64,000 nt of DNA from Eledone cirrhosa (lineage: Eukaryota). The notes below the pieces were generated by a model, which saw only the letters and a program-made list of their open reading frames with translations, was not told the DNA's origin and made no database searches. The stretch spans positions 132,556,001 through 132,620,000 of the forward strand of contig OZ024743.1 of assembly GCA_964016885.1 (NCBI GenBank), read 5' to 3'. Positions 59,801 through 64,000 of the stretch are shown here, piece by piece. A program made the position numbers and the translations under genes. Within the stretch, counting starts at the first letter, position 1. Each line of letters opens with the position of its first letter.

Positions 59801-62800
59801 CTTGGTGTTTGTACTTGGTGCTTGGTGCTTGGTGTTTGGTGCTTGGTTCTTGGTGTTTGGTGCTTGGTGTTTGGAGCTTGGTGCTTGGTGTTTGGTGCTT
59901 GGTGCTTGGTGTTTGTACTTGGTGCTTGGTGCTTGGTGTTTGGTGCCTGGTTCTTGGTGTTTGGTGCTTGGTGTTTGGAGCTTGGTGCTTGGTGTTTGGT
60001 GCTTGGTGCTTGGTGTTTGGTGTTTGGTGCTTGGTGCTTGGTGTTTGGTGTTTGGTGCTTGGTGTTTGGTGTTTGGTGCTTGGTGCTTGGTGTTTGTTGC
60101 TTGGTACTTGGTGCATGGTGTTTGGTGCTGGGTGCTTGGTGTTTTGTGCTTGGTTCTTGGTGTTTGGTGTTTGGTGCTTGGTACTTGGTGTCTGGAGCTT
60201 GGTGTTTGGTGTTTGGTGCTTGGTGTTTGGTGCTTGGTGCTTGGTGTTTGGTGTTTGGTGTTTGATGCTTGGTGTTTTATGCTTGGTGCTTGGTGTTTGG
60301 TGCTTGGTGTTTGTATTTGGTGCTTGGTGCTTGGTGTTTTGTGCTTGGTTCTTGGTGTTTGGTGTTTGGTGCTTGGTACTTGGTGCTTGGTGTTAGGTGT
60401 TTGGTGCTTGGTGCTTGGTGTTTGGTGTTTGGTCCTTGGTGCTTGGTCCTTGGTGTTTAGTGCTTGGTGCTTGGTGTTTGTTGTTTGGTGCTTTCTGTTT
60501 GCTGCTTGGTGTTTGCTGCTTGGTGCTTGGTGCTTGGTGTTTGGTGTTTGGTGCTAGGTGCTTGGTGTTTGGTGTTTGGTGTTTGATGCTTGGTGTTTGG
60601 TGCTTGGTGTTTGGTGCTTGGTGCCTGGGGCTTGGTGTTTGGTGCTTGGTGCTTGGTGCTTGGTGTTTGGTGCTTGGTGCTTGGTGTTTGGTGTTTGGTG
60701 TTTGGTGCTTGGTGCTTGGTGTTTGGTGCTTGGTGCTTGGTGCTGGGTGGTTGGTATTTGGTGCTTGGTGCTTGGTTTTTGGTGCTTGGTGCTTGGTGCT
60801 TGGTGTTTGGTGGTGGTGCTTGGTGCTTGGTCTTTGGTGCTTGGTGTTTGGTGTTTGGTGCTTGGTGCTTTGTGTTTGGTGCTTGGTGATTAGTGTTTGG
60901 TGCTTGGTACTTGGTGTTTGGTGCTTGGTGTTTGGTGTTTGCTGTTTGGTGTTTGGTGTTTGGTGTTTGCTGTTTGGTGTCTGCTTTTTGGTGTTTGGTG
61001 TTTGCTGTATGGTGTTTGCTGTTTCGTGTTTGGTGTTTGCTGTTTGGTGTTTGGTGTTTGGTGTTTGGTGTTTGGTGTTTGGTGCTTGTTGCTTGGTGCT
61101 TGGTGCTTGGTGTTTGGTGCTTGGTGCTTGGTGTTTGGTGCTGGGTGCTTGGTGTTTGGTGCTTGGTGCTTGGTGCTTGGTGTTTGGTGTTTGGTGCTTG
61201 GTGCTTGGTGCTTGGTGTTTGGTGTTTGGTGTTATATGCTTGGTGTTTGATGCTTGGTGCTTGGTGTTTGGTGCTTGGTGCTTGGTGTTTGGTGCCTGGT
61301 GCTTGGGGCTTGGTGTTTGGTGTTTGGTGCTTGGTGCTTGGAGTTTGGTGTTTGGTGCTTGGTGCTTGGTGTTTTGTGTTTGGTGTTTGGTTTTTGGTGC
61401 TTGGTGCTTGGTGCTTGGTGCTTGGTCCTTGGTGTTTGGTGCTTGGTGCTTGGTGTTTGGTGCTTGGTGCTTGGTGTTTGGTGCCTGGTGCTTGGGGCTT
61501 GGTGTTTGGTGTTTGGTGCTTGGTGCTTGGAGTTTGGTGTTTGGTGCTTGGTGCTTGGTGTTTTGTGTTTGGTGTTTGGTTTTTGGTGCTTGGTGCTTGG
61601 TGCTTGGTGCTTGGTCCTTGGTGTTTGGTGCTTGGTGCTTGGTGTTTGTACTTGGTGCTTGGTGCTTGGTGTTTGGTTCTTGGTTCTTGGTGTTTGGTAC
61701 TTGGTGCTTGGTGCTTGGTGCTTGGTGTTTGGTGTTTGGTGCTTGGTGTTTGGTGCTTGGTGTTTGGTGCTTGGTGTTAGGTGTTTGGTGCTTGGTGCTT
61801 GGTGTTTGGTGCTTGGTGTTTGGTGTTTGCTGATTGCTGTTTGGTGTTTGGTGTTTGGTGTTTGGTGTTAGCTGTTTGGTGTTTGGTGTTTGGTGTTTGG
61901 TGTTTGCTGTATGGTGTTTGCTGTTTCGTGTTTGGTGTTTGCTGTTTTCTGTTTGGTGTTTGCTGTTTGGTGTTTGGTGTTTGGTGCTTGGTGTTTGGTG
62001 CTTGGTGCTTGGTGTTTGGTGTTTGGTGCTTGGTGCTTGGTGCTTCGTGTTTGGTGTTTGGTGCTTGGTGTCTGGAGCTTGGTGTTTGGTGTTTGGTGCT
62101 TGGTGTTTGGTGTTTGGTGCTTGGTGTTTGTTGCTTGGTACTTGGTGCATGGTGTTTGGTGCTGGGTGCTTGGTGTTTTGTGCTTGGTTCTTGGTGTTTG
62201 GTGTTTGGTGCTTGGTACTTGGTGTCTGGAGCTTGGTGTTTGGTGTTTGGTGCTTGGTGTTTGGTGCTTGGTGCTTGGTGTTTGGTGTTTGGTGTTTGAT
62301 GCTTGGTGTTTTATGCTTGGTGCTTGGTGTTTGGTGCTTGGTGTTTGTATTTGGTGCTTGGTGCTTGGTGTTTTGTGCTTGGTTCTTGGTGTTTGGTGTT
62401 TGGTGCTTGGTACTTGGTGCTTGGTGTTATGTGTTTGGTGCTTGGTGCTTGGTGTTTGGTGTTTGGTCCTTGGTGCTTGGTGCTTGGTGTTTAGTGCTTG
62501 GTGCTTGGTGTTTGTTGTTTGGTGCTTTCTGTTTGCTGCTTGGTGTTTGCTGCTTGGTGCTTGGTGCTTGGTGTTTGGTGTTTGGTGCTAGGTGCTTGGT
62601 GTTTGGTGTTTGGTGTATGATGCTTGGTGTTTGGTGCTTGGTGTTTGGTGCTTGGTGCCTGGGGCTTGGTGTTTGGTGCTTGGTGCTTGGTGCTTGGTGT
62701 TTGGTGCTTGGTGCTTGGTGTTTGGTGTTTGGTGTTTGGTGCTTGGTGGTTGGTGTTTGGTGCTTGGTGCTTGGTGCTGGGTGGTTGGTATTTGGTGCTT

Positions 62801-64000
62801 GGTGCTTGGTGTTTGGTGCTTGGTGCTTGGTGCTTGGTGTTTGGTGGTGGTGCTTGGTGCTTGGTCTTTGGTGCTTGGTGTTTGGTGTTTGGTGCTTGGT
62901 GCTTTGTGTTTGGTGCTTGGTGATTAGTGTTTGGTGCTTGGTACTTGGTGTTTGGTGCTTGGTGTTTGGTGTTTGCTGTTTGGTGTTTGGTGTTTGGTGT
63001 TTGCTGTTTGGTGTCTGCTTTTTGGTGTTTGGTGTTTGCTGTATGGTGTTTGCTGTTTCGTGTTTGGTGTTTGCTGTTTGGTGTTTGGTGTTTGCTGTTT
63101 GGTGTTTGGTCTTTGGTGCTTGGTGTTTGGTGCTTGGTGCTTGGTGTTTGGTGTTTGGTGCTTGGTGCTTGGTGCTTGGTGTTTGGTGCTTGGTGTCTGG
63201 TGCTTGGTGTCTGGTGCTTGGTGTTTGGTGTTTGGTGTTTGGTGCTTGGTGTTTGGTGTTTGGTGTTTGGTGTTTGGTGCTTGTTGCTTGGTGCTTGGTG
63301 CTTGGTGTTTGGTGCTTGGTGCTTGGTGTTTGGTGCTGGGTGCTTGGTGTTTGGTGCTTGGTACTTGGTGCTTGGTGTTTGGTGTTTGGTGCTTGGTGCT
63401 TGGTGTTTGGTGTTTGGTGTTATATTCTTGGTGTTTGATGCTTGGTGCTTGGTGCTTGGTGTTTGGTGTTTGGTGATTGGTGTTTTATGCTTGGTGTTTG
63501 ATGTTTGGTGCTTGGTGCTTGGTGTTTGGTGCTTGGTGCTTGGTGTTTGTACTTGGTGCTTGGTGCTTGGTTCTTGGTGTTTGGTGCTTGGTGCTTGGTG
63601 CTTGGTGCTTGGTGTTTGGTGCTTGGGGTTTGGTGCTTGGTGTTCGGTGCTTGCTGCCTGGTGCTTGGTGCTTGGTGCTTGGTGTTTGGTGCTTGGTGTT
63701 TGGTGCTTGGTATTAGGTGTTTGGTGCTTGGTGCTTGGTGTTTGGTGTTTGGTGCTTGGTGTTTGGTGCTTGGTGTTTGGTGTTTGGTGCTTGGTGTTTG
63801 GTGCTTGGTACTTGGTGCTTGGTGCTTGGTGTTAGGTGTTTGGTGCTTGGTGATTGGTGTTTGGTTTTTGGTGCTTGGTGCTTGGTGTTTGGTGTTTGGT
63901 GCTTGCTGCTGGCTGCTTGGTGTTTGGTGCTTGGTGATTGGTGCTTGGTGTTTGGTGCTTGGTGTTTGGTGTTTGGTACTAGGTGCTTGGTGCTTGGTGT

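Larger units (their letters stand above)
15892..64000 (+). repeat. 7-bp satellite array (TTGGTGC/TTGGTGT)n, right arm; continues beyond the window end
   Basis: Same heptamer, orientation and variant modules as the left arm. No inversion or unique sequence seen. Confidence 0.99.

Noticed and set aside
3-63835. Hundreds of long ORFs with WCLVLGA/WCLVFGV repeats on + and TKHQAPS/TKHQTPN repeats on -
   Set aside because: The 7-bp unit has no stop codon in any frame, so all frames give the same 7-aa repeat. ORF ends merely mark rare A-containing variants.
1-64000. CRISPR-like array or diversity-generating cassette system
   Set aside because: There are no unique spacers and no cas or RT genes. 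Variation consists of point substitutions in a tandem heptamer.

Overview
About 97% of the window is one uninterrupted-orientation 7-bp satellite, (TTGGTGY)n, made of TTGGTGC and TTGGTGT units. The + strand is almost purely G/T. The array is built from recurring variant-marked modules and from nested near-identical duplications of about 0.2-6.5 kb. The only non-satellite sequence is a 2,145-bp LTR retroelement on the minus strand (13747-15891). It has two 366-bp LTRs that look identical by eye, non-canonical TG...TA ends, a 4-bp TSD (TGTT), a tRNA-Trp primer-binding site and a polypurine tract, but no recognisable gag or pol, so it is a very recent non-autonomous insertion. Its most unusual part is the primer region: the tRNA-Trp match runs about 32 nt instead of 18, its single mismatch falls on tRNA position 58 (m1A58), and a degenerate second U5-end/PBS copy follows. 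The tRNA sequence is of the animal type, so the DNA is probably animal heterochromatin. The hundreds of WCLV/TKHQ ORFs are artefacts of the satellite. All comparisons were made by eye or from ORF-track offsets, and no database search was run.
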